64,000 nt of DNA from a virus (taxonomy: Duplodnaviria > Caudoviricetes): IMG/VR virus record IMGVR_UViG_3300031910_000003, positions 4,702 to 68,701 of that record. One strand, written 5' to 3'. The position numbers and the translations under genes are program-made. Positions 37,403 to 46,251 of this stretch are shown piece after piece; the stretch's first letter is position 1, and each line of letters starts with the position of its first letter. A model generated the notes under the pieces. That model was not told the DNA's origin. It saw nothing but the letters and a program-made list of their open reading frames with translations, and did no database searches.

Positions 37403-37590
37403 CGCGCTCACCGCTCGCAGCGCGCGATGTTGCGCCCGGTACCAGTTGGGCTTTCCACGACCATCGGACGCTGGCCGAGGTCATAGCCGAGGAGGCCCTG
37501 CATGAACGCTCGGGACGTGGCGGGGCTCAACGGCCGGCTGGCGATCGCGCTGAAAGCGGCGCGCGCCGTCGGTGCGACCGGCTCGGATGA
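37399..37590 (+). CDS. Small protein, paralog of 56681-56863
   Basis: PLAARDVAPGTSWAFHDHRTLAEV. Confidence 0.6.
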   Translation: MTRSPLAARDVAPGTSWAFHDHRTLAEVIAEEALHERSGRGGAQRPAGDRAESGARRRCDRLG

Positions 37591-37720
37591 GGAACTGACC
37601 AACGCGATCCTGCTCAAACACGGCGCCGGCGAGATCGACATCAGGCCGCTGCTGACACGGCTGCGGCGGGCGTCAGCACGAAGAGCCAGCCCGGCGCGAG
37701 CCCGAACAGGTTTCACATGA
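37502..37720 (+). CDS. Hypothetical protein
   Basis: GAGGAGG RBS. Confidence 0.55.
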   Translation: MNARDVAGLNGRLAIALKAARAVGATGSDEELTNAILLKHGAGEIDIRPLLTRLRRASARRASPARARTGFT

Positions 37721-38001
37721 AACACGCCGAGCTCGTCCTCTGCGACGACTACCTCGAGGCCGACGAGATCTACGCGGCGATCGCCCAGGCGATTGCCGCC
37801 GAGCGAACCTTGCTGGCGGCACAGGGTGCGGATGGGGTCGCGCGGCCGCGGACCCTCGGGTGGTCAGACAAACCGGATGGGCTGCTGGTCGAGGCCGATC
37901 AGGCTCGCTACTTCATCGGCTGGGGGGACAGAGAGGGCATGACCCGTTTGGCTTCCCTGATCCGCGCCGAATTTGTCGCCGGTGTCGCCGGCAGCTGCTG
38001 A
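37717..38001 (+). CDS. Hypothetical protein
   Basis: ATGA-coupled. Confidence 0.6.
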   Translation: MKHAELVLCDDYLEADEIYAAIAQAIAAERTLLAAQGADGVARPRTLGWSDKPDGLLVEADQARYFIGWGDREGMTRLASLIRAEFVAGVAGSC

Positions 38002-38231
38002 GCCGGCCAGGCAGCGGCGACCGCGGTTCTACGTTTTTCGCGTGCTGCACAAGGGGGATCCGCCGGTCGTCTCGGCGCTACCCGGGTCATTCACCGACCT
38101 GATCAACGCGTGGCAGGAGGCGGGCTGCCTGCGCGCCGAGCAACCGCAAGCGATCTTCATCGCCGGCGAGCTCTGCTCCACGCAGTGAAGCCGGCCTTTT
38201 CGAATTTGCCCCCTAAAAAACGGATCTTCGC

Positions 38232-38549
38232 ATGTCGCTCATGCTCACCCGGTGTTGGGTGCCGCAGTCGGCACCCATGGGAACCATTGTTGGCTACCTC
38301 CACTGCTACAATTCGGGCGTGACGGTGCCGAGCAACTTTCTGCTCGATCCAGATGCCGCCGGCCTGTTCATGATCAACGGCAACCAACTGGTGACCGCGG
38401 CCAAGATGCTGCCGCTCGGTTTCTATGCGCTGCAGATCAGCGCGGTGGCGACCAATCTGAGCGCTCTGGAAGACGGGTGGTTCACGATCCAGGTGACGCC
38501 GCCGGCTCCTCCGCCACCCCCGCCGCCACCACCTCCGCCGCCGGCGTAG
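38232..38549 (+). CDS. Cadherin/Ig-like single-domain protein with poly-Pro tail
   Basis: GTIVG.L..F.L..F.INGNQLVT..Y.L.I.A..FTIQV followed by a run of about 12 prolines. Confidence 0.5.
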   Translation: MSLMLTRCWVPQSAPMGTIVGYLHCYNSGVTVPSNFLLDPDAAGLFMINGNQLVTAAKMLPLGFYALQISAVATNLSALEDGWFTIQVTPPAPPPPPPPPPPPPA

Positions 38550-38575
38550 CTTTCTATATCGCGGCGAGGTGCCCG

Positions 38576-39157
38576 ATGGCGCTCTGCGAGCATTGCCGCG
38601 CCGAGCTGGCGAGCCAGGAGCGTTTGCCGCCGCCGTGGTTTGATCACGACCGGCACACCGTCGCCGGCGAGCATCTCGGCGTAAAGAGATGGCAGATCCT
38701 CGAGATCCTGTGGCGGCGCCGCGACAGGGCGGTTTCGACTGAGACGCTGATGACCTTGCTCTACAGCGACCAGCCCGACGACCCGCCGGACGACAAGATC
38801 ATCGACGTCTACATCTCCCAGTTGCGCCGTGATCTCGAACCGACGCCGTGCTCGATCAGGACCGATTGGGGGTTCGGCTACCAGCTATGCGAGTACAAGC
38901 AGACCGGCGACCCGGTGCTTGGCGAGGTCGACGACGACGTGCCGCTACCGCAGCGGCCGCTGCGCACCGTGGCGGGCTGGGTGCGGAACGACAAATATCA
39001 GCTCGCCGAGCTCAAGGTCGGGCAGAGCCGGCGCGTCGACAACGCGAAGCTCAGCACCCTGAAGTCGGCCTGTCAGCGCGCCCAGCAGCGCGGCCACGGC
39101 AGCTTCACCGCCGGCTGCGATGGGAAGGGAGTCATGCGCATCTGGCGGGTCGAATGA
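38576..39157 (+). CDS. Second OmpR/CtrA-type winged-helix protein with extra C-terminal domain
   Basis: QILEILW..LM..LY..PDDKIIDVYISQLRRDL..SIRTDWGFGYQL. Confidence 0.85.
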   Translation: MALCEHCRAELASQERLPPPWFDHDRHTVAGEHLGVKRWQILEILWRRRDRAVSTETLMTLLYSDQPDDPPDDKIIDVYISQLRRDLEPTPCSIRTDWGFGYQLCEYKQTGDPVLGEVDDDVPLPQRPLRTVAGWVRNDKYQLAELKVGQSRRVDNAKLSTLKSACQRAQQRGHGSFTAGCDGKGVMRIWRVE

Positions 39158-39225
39158 TCGCCCCCTCGGGCATCCGATTGCTATGGCGGGCGAGCCGATG
39201 ACGGCGCCGCTGTTCAAATCGCCGC

Positions 39226-39792
39226 ATGAGCCGATCGCAGAGCCCGACCGCGGCTGTCGTGATCTACGAAGCTGCCGCGCTGCACATCGCCGAGGGTTTG
39301 ATCATCCTCAGCTCGAGGGCCGCCGATAGCTCGATCGGCATCGCCTCGATGTTCCAGGCGACAGTCGAGCAGCGCACCCTGCTTGGTGTCAGCCTGCTGC
39401 TCTCCTCGTGGCTGGCGATCCTCGCCCTGCGGCGTGCGGGCGTCTTCGCGATCTTCGCTCTCTTACCCCAGCAGACCCTGCTGCTGATCACCGCGATCGG
39501 CGCTCTGTGCTTTGCCGGCATGGGACACTACGCCGACGGGTATGAGCCGGCCGGCGGCAGGCTGTTCATCCTGGCCGACCAGCTGCCGCGCATCCTGTTC
39601 GCGCTGGCCCATGGTGTCGCGGTCTATCCGTGGTTCTGGGCCAACGATGCACCGGCCCGCAAACGCACCGTGGTCGACAACATCATCGCCGGCGCGACCT
39701 GGGTTTCGCACGCCGCGGATCCCGTCGATGACGACCTGCTGGTGATCCCGGCCGATGAGTTGCGCCAGATCGTCGAGGCCAACCTCTTATGA
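39226..39792 (+). CDS. Multi-pass membrane protein
   Basis: About four hydrophobic segments. Confidence 0.55.
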   Translation: MSRSQSPTAAVVIYEAAALHIAEGLIILSSRAADSSIGIASMFQATVEQRTLLGVSLLLSSWLAILALRRAGVFAIFALLPQQTLLLITAIGALCFAGMGHYADGYEPAGGRLFILADQLPRILFALAHGVAVYPWFWANDAPARKRTVVDNIIAGATWVSHAADPVDDDLLVIPADELRQIVEANLL

Positions 39793-39942
39793 TCGCACGC
39801 CGGACCTACCGGCCACGGCCCAACATGCCGGTTGGGTCCGGGGCTAAGCCGAACGCCGTCTATGCCGGCCCCTACTCGCGGCGAAAAGGCGGCGTATTCG
39901 CCGCCCTTTTGCCCGAAAGCGGGCAGCACAGCAGGAAAGCCC

Positions 39943-40140
39943 ATGGACCGGATGCTGAAGTTCTTCGCTTACGACCATCTGCGTGACGACCTGAAGCTGG
40001 TCTCGCAGGCCTTCGCCCATCTGGCCCATCACATCGCGCAAATCGTGCCCCAGGGTCCGGAACGAACGGTCTCCCTGCGTAAGCTGCTCGAAGCCAAGGA
40101 CGCCGCGGTCCGCGCCGTCGCCATCCCGGAGAGCGAATGA
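39943..40140 (+). CDS. Small helical-hairpin protein, possibly Acb2/Tad1-like
   Basis: FFAYDHL..VSQ.F..LA..I...P.GPERTV.LRKLLEAKDAAVRA. Confidence 0.5.
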   Translation: MDRMLKFFAYDHLRDDLKLVSQAFAHLAHHIAQIVPQGPERTVSLRKLLEAKDAAVRAVAIPESE

Positions 40141-40466
40141 CCAAGCGTCTCGAGCCCGAAGCCAAGCGGCTGCGGGCGCTGTCACCGGCGGCGCTGGCCG
40201 ACGCGATCGGCGCCCATCAGACGGCGATCGAGGCGCTGAAGGCCGAGGCGATCCGGCGCGGCCACCTGCGCGTCGAAGGGACCGCCTACCGCATCGTGCT
40301 GAGCCCGCCCGGCACCTCCCAGCGCACCGACAAGACCAAGCTCCTCGAGGTCCTCGGGATCACCGCGGCCGAATTCACATCGCGTTTCACACACACGGTG
40401 CAGACCGGCTGGCGGCTGACATGCACGCCGCTGCGCAAGCTGGGCGCCCTCGCGGCCGCGGCGTAA
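40137..40466 (+). CDS. Hypothetical protein
   Basis: ATGA-coupled. Confidence 0.6.
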   Translation: MTKRLEPEAKRLRALSPAALADAIGAHQTAIEALKAEAIRRGHLRVEGTAYRIVLSPPGTSQRTDKTKLLEVLGITAAEFTSRFTHTVQTGWRLTCTPLRKLGALAAAA

Positions 40467-40545
40467 AGGGATTAAATTAATCGGGTCCGGGCCGGGCCCG
40501 GGCGATCGATCCACCCATCGATCGGTCCAATCCCATCCCGACTGC

Positions 40546-40570
40546 GGGGCGGCCCATCCGGGGCCGCCCC
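40546..40570. terminator. GC hairpin between convergent operons
   Basis: GGGGCGGCCC-atccg-GGGCCGCCCC; weak U-tract. Confidence 0.5.
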
Positions 40571-40575
40571 CCCGT

Positions 40576-41466
40576 TTATGCGGCGAACAGATCGCCGATG
40601 ACCGCGCTGGCGCGCAGCGCCAGCTCCATCTGGGCCAGGTGCTTTTGGATCAGCGCCAGCTTGTCGGCATAGGTCGCGGCCTTGCCGGGATCGATCCGTT
40701 TGACCGCGACGATCTCGTTGTCGTCAAAGCCCATCGCCAGGATCTTGCTCACCTGATCGATCTTTTTCTCGAGCCGGCTGGCGGCGCGCAGCTCTTGCTG
40801 GCTCGGCGGCTCCTGGGCGGCGACGACCTGGTCGAAGATCGAGACCTGCGCCTCGGCCTCACGCAGCGCCAGCGACATCGCGCGCAGCGCTTTGTAAGTC
40901 GGGCACTGCCCGGCCTTGATCGCGCCAAACAGGCGGCGTTGGCCGACCGGCGACAACTGCGCCATCTCGTAGGCTTGAGAGTTCGTCAGATTGCCGCTGG
41001 CGAGCAGCTGCAGGTACTCGTCTTCGAGCTTTAGAAGGGATGTCCGCTCGGTAATGCGGAACGGCACCTTGCCGAGCGCCTTGGCGGCGGCTTCGACGTC
41101 ACCGCCGAGCTCGTCGACGAGTCGCTGGTAGGCGTGGGCTTCTTCGAGCGCGGTCATCGGTTCACGCGCGGCATTCTCGATAATCTGCGTCACAAGCACG
41201 TCGGTGCCCGTCAGATCGAGAACACGAGCGAGGATCATCCTGGCCTTGTTGTGCTGATGGGCGCGCCAGCGGCGCTCACCAAAGACGATCCTCCAGCCGT
41301 CGCCGTCGGGCCGGACGCCGATCGGCTGCAATAGGCCGTTCTCGCGGATCGAGCCGGCGAGTTCGGCGATCGAGCCGGGGGTGAATATCTTGCGCGGCTG
41401 GGTCGGGTCGCGATGGACCTTTGCCATTGGCAGCGCGCGCACCTCGAGCGCTGGTGTCTCAGACAT
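40576..41466 (-). CDS. parB: ParB/RepB/Spo0J-family protein
   Basis: DPTQPRKIF..ELA.SI.ENGLLQPI.VRP..IVFGERRWRA; IIEN..RE..TALEEA.AY; preceded by the leader motif. Confidence 0.9.
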   Translation of the reverse strand: MSETPALEVRALPMAKVHRDPTQPRKIFTPGSIAELAGSIRENGLLQPIGVRPDGDGWRIVFGERRWRAHQHNKARMILARVLDLTGTDVLVTQIIENAAREPMTALEEAHAYQRLVDELGGDVEAAAKALGKVPFRITERTSLLKLEDEYLQLLASGNLTNSQAYEMAQLSPVGQRRLFGAIKAGQCPTYKALRAMSLALREAEAQVSIFDQVVAAQEPPSQQELRAASRLEKKIDQVSKILAMGFDDNEIVAVKRIDPGKAATYADKLALIQKHLAQMELALRASAVIGDLFAA

Positions 41467-41497
41467 GGGGGGTGTGGGCTCCTCGGAAGGAAGGCGG

Positions 41498-41665
41498 TTA
41501 GCGGGCCAGAGCCAGGTCGAGCACGTGCCTGATCGGCTCAAACAGGCTGCTGACGAAGTAGGCGAGCGCACTGCCTGAGCCGGCTGCCAGACACAGCACG
41601 AGCACCAGCAGCACGATTGCCTCGAAGCGGTGGCCGCGCAGAAACGACCAAACGAGATCGCTCAC
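41498..41665 (-). CDS. 55-aa membrane protein
   Basis: GTGA-coupled; one TM; below the ORF-track cutoff. Confidence 0.5.
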   Translation of the reverse strand: MSDLVWSFLRGHRFEAIVLLVLVLCLAAGSGSALAYFVSSLFEPIRHVLDLALAR

Positions 41666-41847
41666 AGCGTCACCCGCTTGATGGTCGCGTCGGCCGGGAT
41701 CGACTTGTCGAGTGCGATCGCGCGCAGTGCCACCTGGATCGCCAGCACGCTCGACGATGCCGCGGTCTTGACCACGGTCTTCTTCGGTTTGTCGGCGCCG
41801 GCTGGGAGCCAGGTGAAGGCCACGTTGAAATCGCGCGGGCGGGTCAT
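41662..41847 (-). CDS. Hypothetical protein
   Basis: ATGA-coupled; GGGAG RBS. Confidence 0.55.
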   Translation of the reverse strand: MTRPRDFNVAFTWLPAGADKPKKTVVKTAASSSVLAIQVALRAIALDKSIPADATIKRVTL

Positions 41848-42047
41848 GACTTGCGGCTCCCCTGCCAGTCGCGGTAGCGCGCTGTCTTGAGTTTCTCGCC
41901 GCTGACCGGTTTGGGCGTTGCCGCCGAGCCGATTGCCTTCCTGGTCTGTTGGCCGTCGCCGGTCAGCGGGAAGCGCTGCGGCTTGGCGAGTGCGGCGTCG
42001 TGCGCGGCCACGTGCTGGCGATACCAGCGCGAGGTAATGCGGCTCAT
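41844..42047 (-). CDS. Basic hypothetical protein
   Basis: ATGA-coupled. Confidence 0.5.
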   Translation of the reverse strand: MSRITSRWYRQHVAAHDAALAKPQRFPLTGDGQQTRKAIGSAATPKPVSGEKLKTARYRDWQGSRKS

Positions 42048-42316
42048 TGCTTTGCCCACCGCTTGAAGGTTTTGCGCTCGCCCGAGTAGGCGGGTGTGAG
42101 AAGCATTGCTTCCCACGCGGTTTCGACGTGATAGGTGCGCGCGGGATTGGCGCGCGCGTTGGCCGTTGGGTCGTAGGGTGGGGCGCCGAAGCCGTGCGTT
42201 TTGAGATAGGCCGGGTCCCGCCCGCGAGGGGCGCGGTAGCCAGTGCGCAGCTCGAAAGAGGTTGGCGCGTTGGCGCGCGCACGGGCCAATGTGAGGGGGG
42301 AAGGTGATTGGTGCAA
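42044..42316 (-). CDS. Hypothetical protein (TTG start after leader motif)
   Basis: Leader motif at 42323; promoter at 42352-42380. Confidence 0.5.
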   Translation of the reverse strand: MHQSPSPLTLARARANAPTSFELRTGYRAPRGRDPAYLKTHGFGAPPYDPTANARANPARTYHVETAWEAMLLTPAYSGERKTFKRWAKQ

Positions 42317-42351
42317 TTTAGGCTCCGTCGGAAGGAAGTAACCACACACTT

Positions 42352-42380
42352 ATTGTAGCAGATTACGCTACTTAGTACAT
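42352..42380 (-). promoter_or_regulatory. Leftward module promoter
   Basis: ATGTAC-N17-TACAAT with TG extension; AT-rich. Confidence 0.6.
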
Positions 42381-42429
42381 TGAAAAGCGCTGTGCTCTCG
42401 CAGTGTTACTCTGCTAAGTCAGTGAGATC

Positions 42430-42690
42430 ATGGCGCGCGCAACTGGCTTCTATTGGGTGAGGCTTCTCGGATCTTCCGAGCACCCCGACGGGTGGACGAT
42501 TGGCGAATGGTCCAACAGCGCGCCCGACGGCGCGGGCCACAGGTGGCGTCTGCCCGGCTACTCGTTTCACGAACACGACAACGCATTTCAGGAGATCGAC
42601 GAGCGCCGCGTCGAGCGGGTCAAGCGGCGCACCTGGCGCAACGATCGTGAGCCGCTGACGAGATCGCGCAATTCGCGGCCGACGTCCTGA
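42430..42690 (+). CDS. Hypothetical protein (rightward)
   Basis: GFYWV..WTIGEW..W.LPG. Confidence 0.55.
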   Translation: MARATGFYWVRLLGSSEHPDGWTIGEWSNSAPDGAGHRWRLPGYSFHEHDNAFQEIDERRVERVKRRTWRNDREPLTRSRNSRPTS

Positions 42691-42813
42691 ACCTGACCCT
42701 TTGGTCGAGAGGCTGATCAGGCGCGCGCTGTTCGTCGCGTTTGTGCTCTTTGTGATATTTGGTTGGCTTGGTCTGGTAGCTGTGGTCGAGGCAGCTTGGC
42801 GCTGGTTCTGGGG

Positions 42814-43059
42814 CTAAGGCGAAGGCGGGGCCGGGAAGAAGCGACCGCCGCGACGGCTGACATGCTTGGTATTGACCAGCAGCCGCATCATCAAGTCGAA
42901 CTCGTCGCGGGTCAGATGGTCGGTCAGTGCGGCATAGAGCCGATCAGCGCAGGCACCCTGTGGCGTGTCATTGACCACGCGCACCACCGCTTCGGTGACG
43001 CGCCGGGCGGTGATCATCGCGATCTTGTTGGCCTCGTCGCTCAGGCGGGCAGCGCTCAC
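42814..43059 (-). CDS. Winged-helix-like small protein
   Basis: LYAAL..HLT.DEF..MM.LLV..K.VSR.G; similar layout to 53042-53329. Confidence 0.55.
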   Translation of the reverse strand: MSAARLSDEANKIAMITARRVTEAVVRVVNDTPQGACADRLYAALTDHLTRDEFDLMMRLLVNTKHVSRRGGRFFPAPPSP

Positions 43060-43084
43060 AGCAGCGACTCCTTGGCGGCGCGGC

Positions 43085-43297
43085 TCATTGGTCGGCTTGC
43101 TTGTCGCGCGCGACCAGGCGGGCGATCAGATCGTCCAGCTCCTTGCCGGTCGCGCCGCTCGCTATCGTGATGCCGCGGTTGCCGCGGAAGCCCATCTGCT
43201 CGCCATGATGGTGTGCGCGGCAGAACTCGTTCGAGCATTCGCCGCGGGCATTGCCGTGGACGCAGCGGCTGCTGGATTTGCGGGACTTGCGGGCCAT
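43085..43297 (-). CDS. Hypothetical protein starting MARKSRKS
   Basis: Leader motif at 43305; Cys/His-rich. Confidence 0.6.
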   Translation of the reverse strand: MARKSRKSSSRCVHGNARGECSNEFCRAHHHGEQMGFRGNRGITIASGATGKELDDLIARLVARDKQADQ

Positions 43298-43325
43298 CGG
43301 GTCTCTCCTCGGAAGGGCGGGCGGC

Positions 43326-43748
43326 TTATACCAGCCCGTTGTCGTAGAAGTGGATCTTGCGGCCGCCGACGGTGCGGGGCAGCTCCAGCTCGGCCGCTGC
43401 TTTGCGGGTGACGCGATAGAAGAAACCCTCTTTGAACAGCCAGCCCTTGGTGACCGCGTATTTGACGGCACTCTCGGGCACGTATTCCAAGCAATCTTCC
43501 AACTCGACTACGTGCCGGCCGCGCAGTGCGTTCTTGATATCCTCGTTGGTGTAGCGCTGCAGCTCTTCCGGCTTCCACTGGCGGATCAGGTGGCCGTCGT
43601 CGTCCTCGTCAAACACCGGGGCTTCATTGAACGCCTTGAAGGCGATCGCGCCGGCCCGGCTGGCCGAGCCGCTGCGGACGTCGTAGCTGAAGCGCTTGTG
43701 CGCAACCCGCGGGAGGGCCAGAGCTGGTTTGCGGGACTTGCGGGCCAT
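43326..43748 (-). CDS. Hypothetical protein starting MARKSRKP
   Basis: Leader motif at 43755. Confidence 0.7.
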   Translation of the reverse strand: MARKSRKPALALPRVAHKRFSYDVRSGSASRAGAIAFKAFNEAPVFDEDDDGHLIRQWKPEELQRYTNEDIKNALRGRHVVELEDCLEYVPESAVKYAVTKGWLFKEGFFYRVTRKAAAELELPRTVGGRKIHFYDNGLV

Positions 43749-43790
43749 CGGGTGCTCCATCGGAAGGAATGAATAAGTAATCACAAGATC

Positions 43791-43818
43791 ATCATAGGAT
43801 AGTACCTTACATTGTAAA
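43791..43818 (-). promoter_or_regulatory. Leftward module promoter
   Basis: TTTACA-N16-TATGAT. Confidence 0.7.
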
Positions 43819-43883
43819 GAAAAAAGCGCTCTTTTATGCGTTTTATTTGCACTCATCCCGGTGATTATTTGGGGCCGGTCTGG

Positions 43884-44090
43884 TCAGCCCTCTTGCACAC
43901 AAGCCGCATCGCGCACGGCTGCCGATCGGCACCAGGTCGTGGCCAGGGATCTCGCGCCAGTGCCCGCATTCCAGCCATACCCAGCGGCCGAGCGCGCCGC
44001 GATGGCCGAGGTCGACAATGGCCCGCAACGGCGCACCGCGGCCGGGATGGCGCTGCAGCCTAACGAAGGCATCATGTCGCAGCGGCGCAT
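43884..44090 (-). CDS. Hypothetical protein
   Basis: Small ORF in the gene run. Confidence 0.35.
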   Translation of the reverse strand: MRRCDMMPSLGCSAIPAAVRRCGPLSTSAIAARSAAGYGWNAGTGARSLATTWCRSAAVRDAACVQEG

Positions 44091-44114
44091 CGCGGCCGGT
44101 CATGGCAGCACCAA

Positions 44115-45677
44115 TTACCAGTGGGCGTGTCGCCCGTTGTTCCACAGCTGCAGCACGATCGTGTTGACGTTGGTGCCGACCGAGGCGAACGAGCATGGCG
44201 GCAGATCATCCCACCGCCCGTTCTTCTCCTTGACCAGCGCGCGCAGTGCCGTGGCCTTCTTCGACTCGCGGAACTCGGTGCCGGCCGACATGATCGCGAC
44301 CAGCTGCCCCTCCGGCTTCAAGAACTTCATCGCATGCGTCACGTGGTCGACGTCGCGCTCCAGATCAAAGGGCGGGTTCATCACAACGCAGTCGTAAAGC
44401 CGCTTCGGGTCCGGCTGCATCTGCAGAAAGTCGCCGCACCAGACCTTGCGATAGAGCCGCTCGGCGCGCAACGCGCGCGCCAGCTTCGGCTGGATCTCGA
44501 CGCAGTCGACCCGGTGGTTGAAGGGATAGGACCGGTCCTCGTCGCGGAACTTGTTGCCGACGTGGCCGGCGGTCGCGCAGCGGCGCGCCAGGTTGCCGGT
44601 GCCGGCCGAGGGCTCCAGGATCGAGAGCGGCGGCTTGTCCGGGTCACGCCACAGCGCGACCTTTGAGATCAGGTATTCGGCCGCCGCGTCCGGTGTCGGG
44701 AAGAACCCAAAGCGCCGCGCCACTGTCGTCTTGCGCTTGGCGAACAGGTCTTCCTGGGTGTGCGCGTCGGCGATGACCTCGCCATACCACTCGGCCAGTA
44801 GCTTGTTGACCTTGCACACCAGATCGTTGCGCTTGAACCAGAGATGCGCGTTGCCGTTCTTGTAGCCCTCGATCTTGAAGTATTCGGTTTGCGTCGTGCT
44901 CTGCTTTGGGCCGTAGCCGCCTTCGCGGCGATCCTGCTCGAGCTGCCAAACGCCGGTGCCATACTGCGCGCCGATATGCCCGCCATTGTCGAGGACCGCA
45001 AAGGTGCGCTCGATGTCGAGCAGCGTGTCGCGCATCGGGCCGTAGCTCAGCCCACCGCCAAAATCGCGGAAGGCGTAAGTCAGGATGATCCGCGAGCCGA
45101 TCTTGAACCCGTCGTGGCTGCGGAAGCGGCGATCGAGCTTTGAGAACGCATTGGCGATGCCGCGCCGGAAGATCGTATCGGCGTCCATCGCGAACTGCTG
45201 GATCGTCGCATAGATGTTGTCGACGGTGACCGGCGGCATGCCCTCGCCGAGATCCTCGGGATGGATCACCTGCCCCTTGTCCCAGGCGCCGCGCCGCTCG
45301 ACCCGGTCGGGCAGGTAGCGCATCTGCTGGCGCAGCTTCTCTTTGGCCTCGGTATCCATCAGCCGCTCGAGATCGGTGCGCTGCACGACATAGGACCACA
45401 CACCAAGATCGGTCAGCCGCCGGGCGACGCGTTGGTACAGCTCGCGGTCCGGCAGCTTGACGGCCTTGTGGAAGTCCTGAACTTCGTGGACGCTGCTCTC
45501 GATCAAGGGTTTGGCGTCGCCGGTCGCGCGCTGGGCCATCGCGTGCGCGGCCTTGATCGCGGTGTCGGCCTGCTCGATCGCGGTAAAGGCCTGGTCGTAG
45601 AGCTCGAGCGCCTTGTTGCGGTAGCCGACGATCTCCTCGACCGTCGAGCGCGGAATCAGTTCACGTGCTGCACTCAC
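44115..45677 (-). CDS. DUF4942-like domain + class I SAM N6-adenine methyltransferase
   Basis: FFPTP; ILEPSAGTGNL (motif I); VMNPPF (motif IV); N-terminal F.I..YKNGNAHLWF. Confidence 0.88.
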   Translation of the reverse strand: MSAARELIPRSTVEEIVGYRNKALELYDQAFTAIEQADTAIKAAHAMAQRATGDAKPLIESSVHEVQDFHKAVKLPDRELYQRVARRLTDLGVWSYVVQRTDLERLMDTEAKEKLRQQMRYLPDRVERRGAWDKGQVIHPEDLGEGMPPVTVDNIYATIQQFAMDADTIFRRGIANAFSKLDRRFRSHDGFKIGSRIILTYAFRDFGGGLSYGPMRDTLLDIERTFAVLDNGGHIGAQYGTGVWQLEQDRREGGYGPKQSTTQTEYFKIEGYKNGNAHLWFKRNDLVCKVNKLLAEWYGEVIADAHTQEDLFAKRKTTVARRFGFFPTPDAAAEYLISKVALWRDPDKPPLSILEPSAGTGNLARRCATAGHVGNKFRDEDRSYPFNHRVDCVEIQPKLARALRAERLYRKVWCGDFLQMQPDPKRLYDCVVMNPPFDLERDVDHVTHAMKFLKPEGQLVAIMSAGTEFRESKKATALRALVKEKNGRWDDLPPCSFASVGTNVNTIVLQLWNNGRHAHW

Positions 45678-45847
45678 TCAAATTTCTCCAAGGCTAGACT
45701 GATTGCGGTTGCGGTGGCGAGCGACACGAACGCGAGGGCGCCGAACCGGCCGTTGCCAAAGGACGCGATCACGAAGAGCACGCCGAATGAGCCGAGCACG
45801 GTGCTCAGCACCCACAGGCCCAGCCGCGACAGCAGCGCCGCGTTCAT
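45678..45847 (-). CDS. Small 2-TM membrane protein
   Basis: MNAALLSRLGLWVL...; ATGA-coupled. Confidence 0.5.
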
Positions 45848-46059
45848 GGGTGCCGCATCCTGTCGACTCGCAATGCGAGCTCGACCGCCTTGGCCGGCGG
45901 GCAGCCGCGCGCCAGCAGCGAGCGGATGTGCTGGCGGTTGTCGCCCGAGATTTGCAGTCCGCGCTTGTCGAGGATCGCCTGCGCGGCATCGAGGCGGCTG
46001 ATCGTCACGTCGGCGCAGCGCTGACGTATGCTCGCCGGGAAGAAATAGACGCGGCCCAT
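45844..46059 (-). CDS. Hypothetical protein
   Basis: ORF in the gene run. Confidence 0.5.
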   Translation of the reverse strand: MGRVYFFPASIRQRCADVTISRLDAAQAILDKRGLQISGDNRQHIRSLLARGCPPAKAVELALRVDRMRHP

Positions 46060-46062
46060 CGG

Positions 46063-46251
46063 TCAGTCCCCCACGAATGGGCTTGACGAACGCGCGCTGA
46101 CATAGCCGATGTCGCCATTCTCCAAGCGGACCGTGTAGCCCAGCAGCTTGCCGCTATCGATCTGGTGCCAGACCTGCTCGACCGTGGCTTGACGCGGGCG
46201 GTTGCTGAGATGGTTGCGGACGCTGATCTTGTCGCCGACCTGGTGGCTCAT
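46063..46251 (-). CDS. SH3-like small protein
   Basis: VGDKISV..ATVEQV..YTVRLENG. Confidence 0.5.
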   Translation of the reverse strand: MSHQVGDKISVRNHLSNRPRQATVEQVWHQIDSGKLLGYTVRLENGDIGYVSARSSSPFVGD

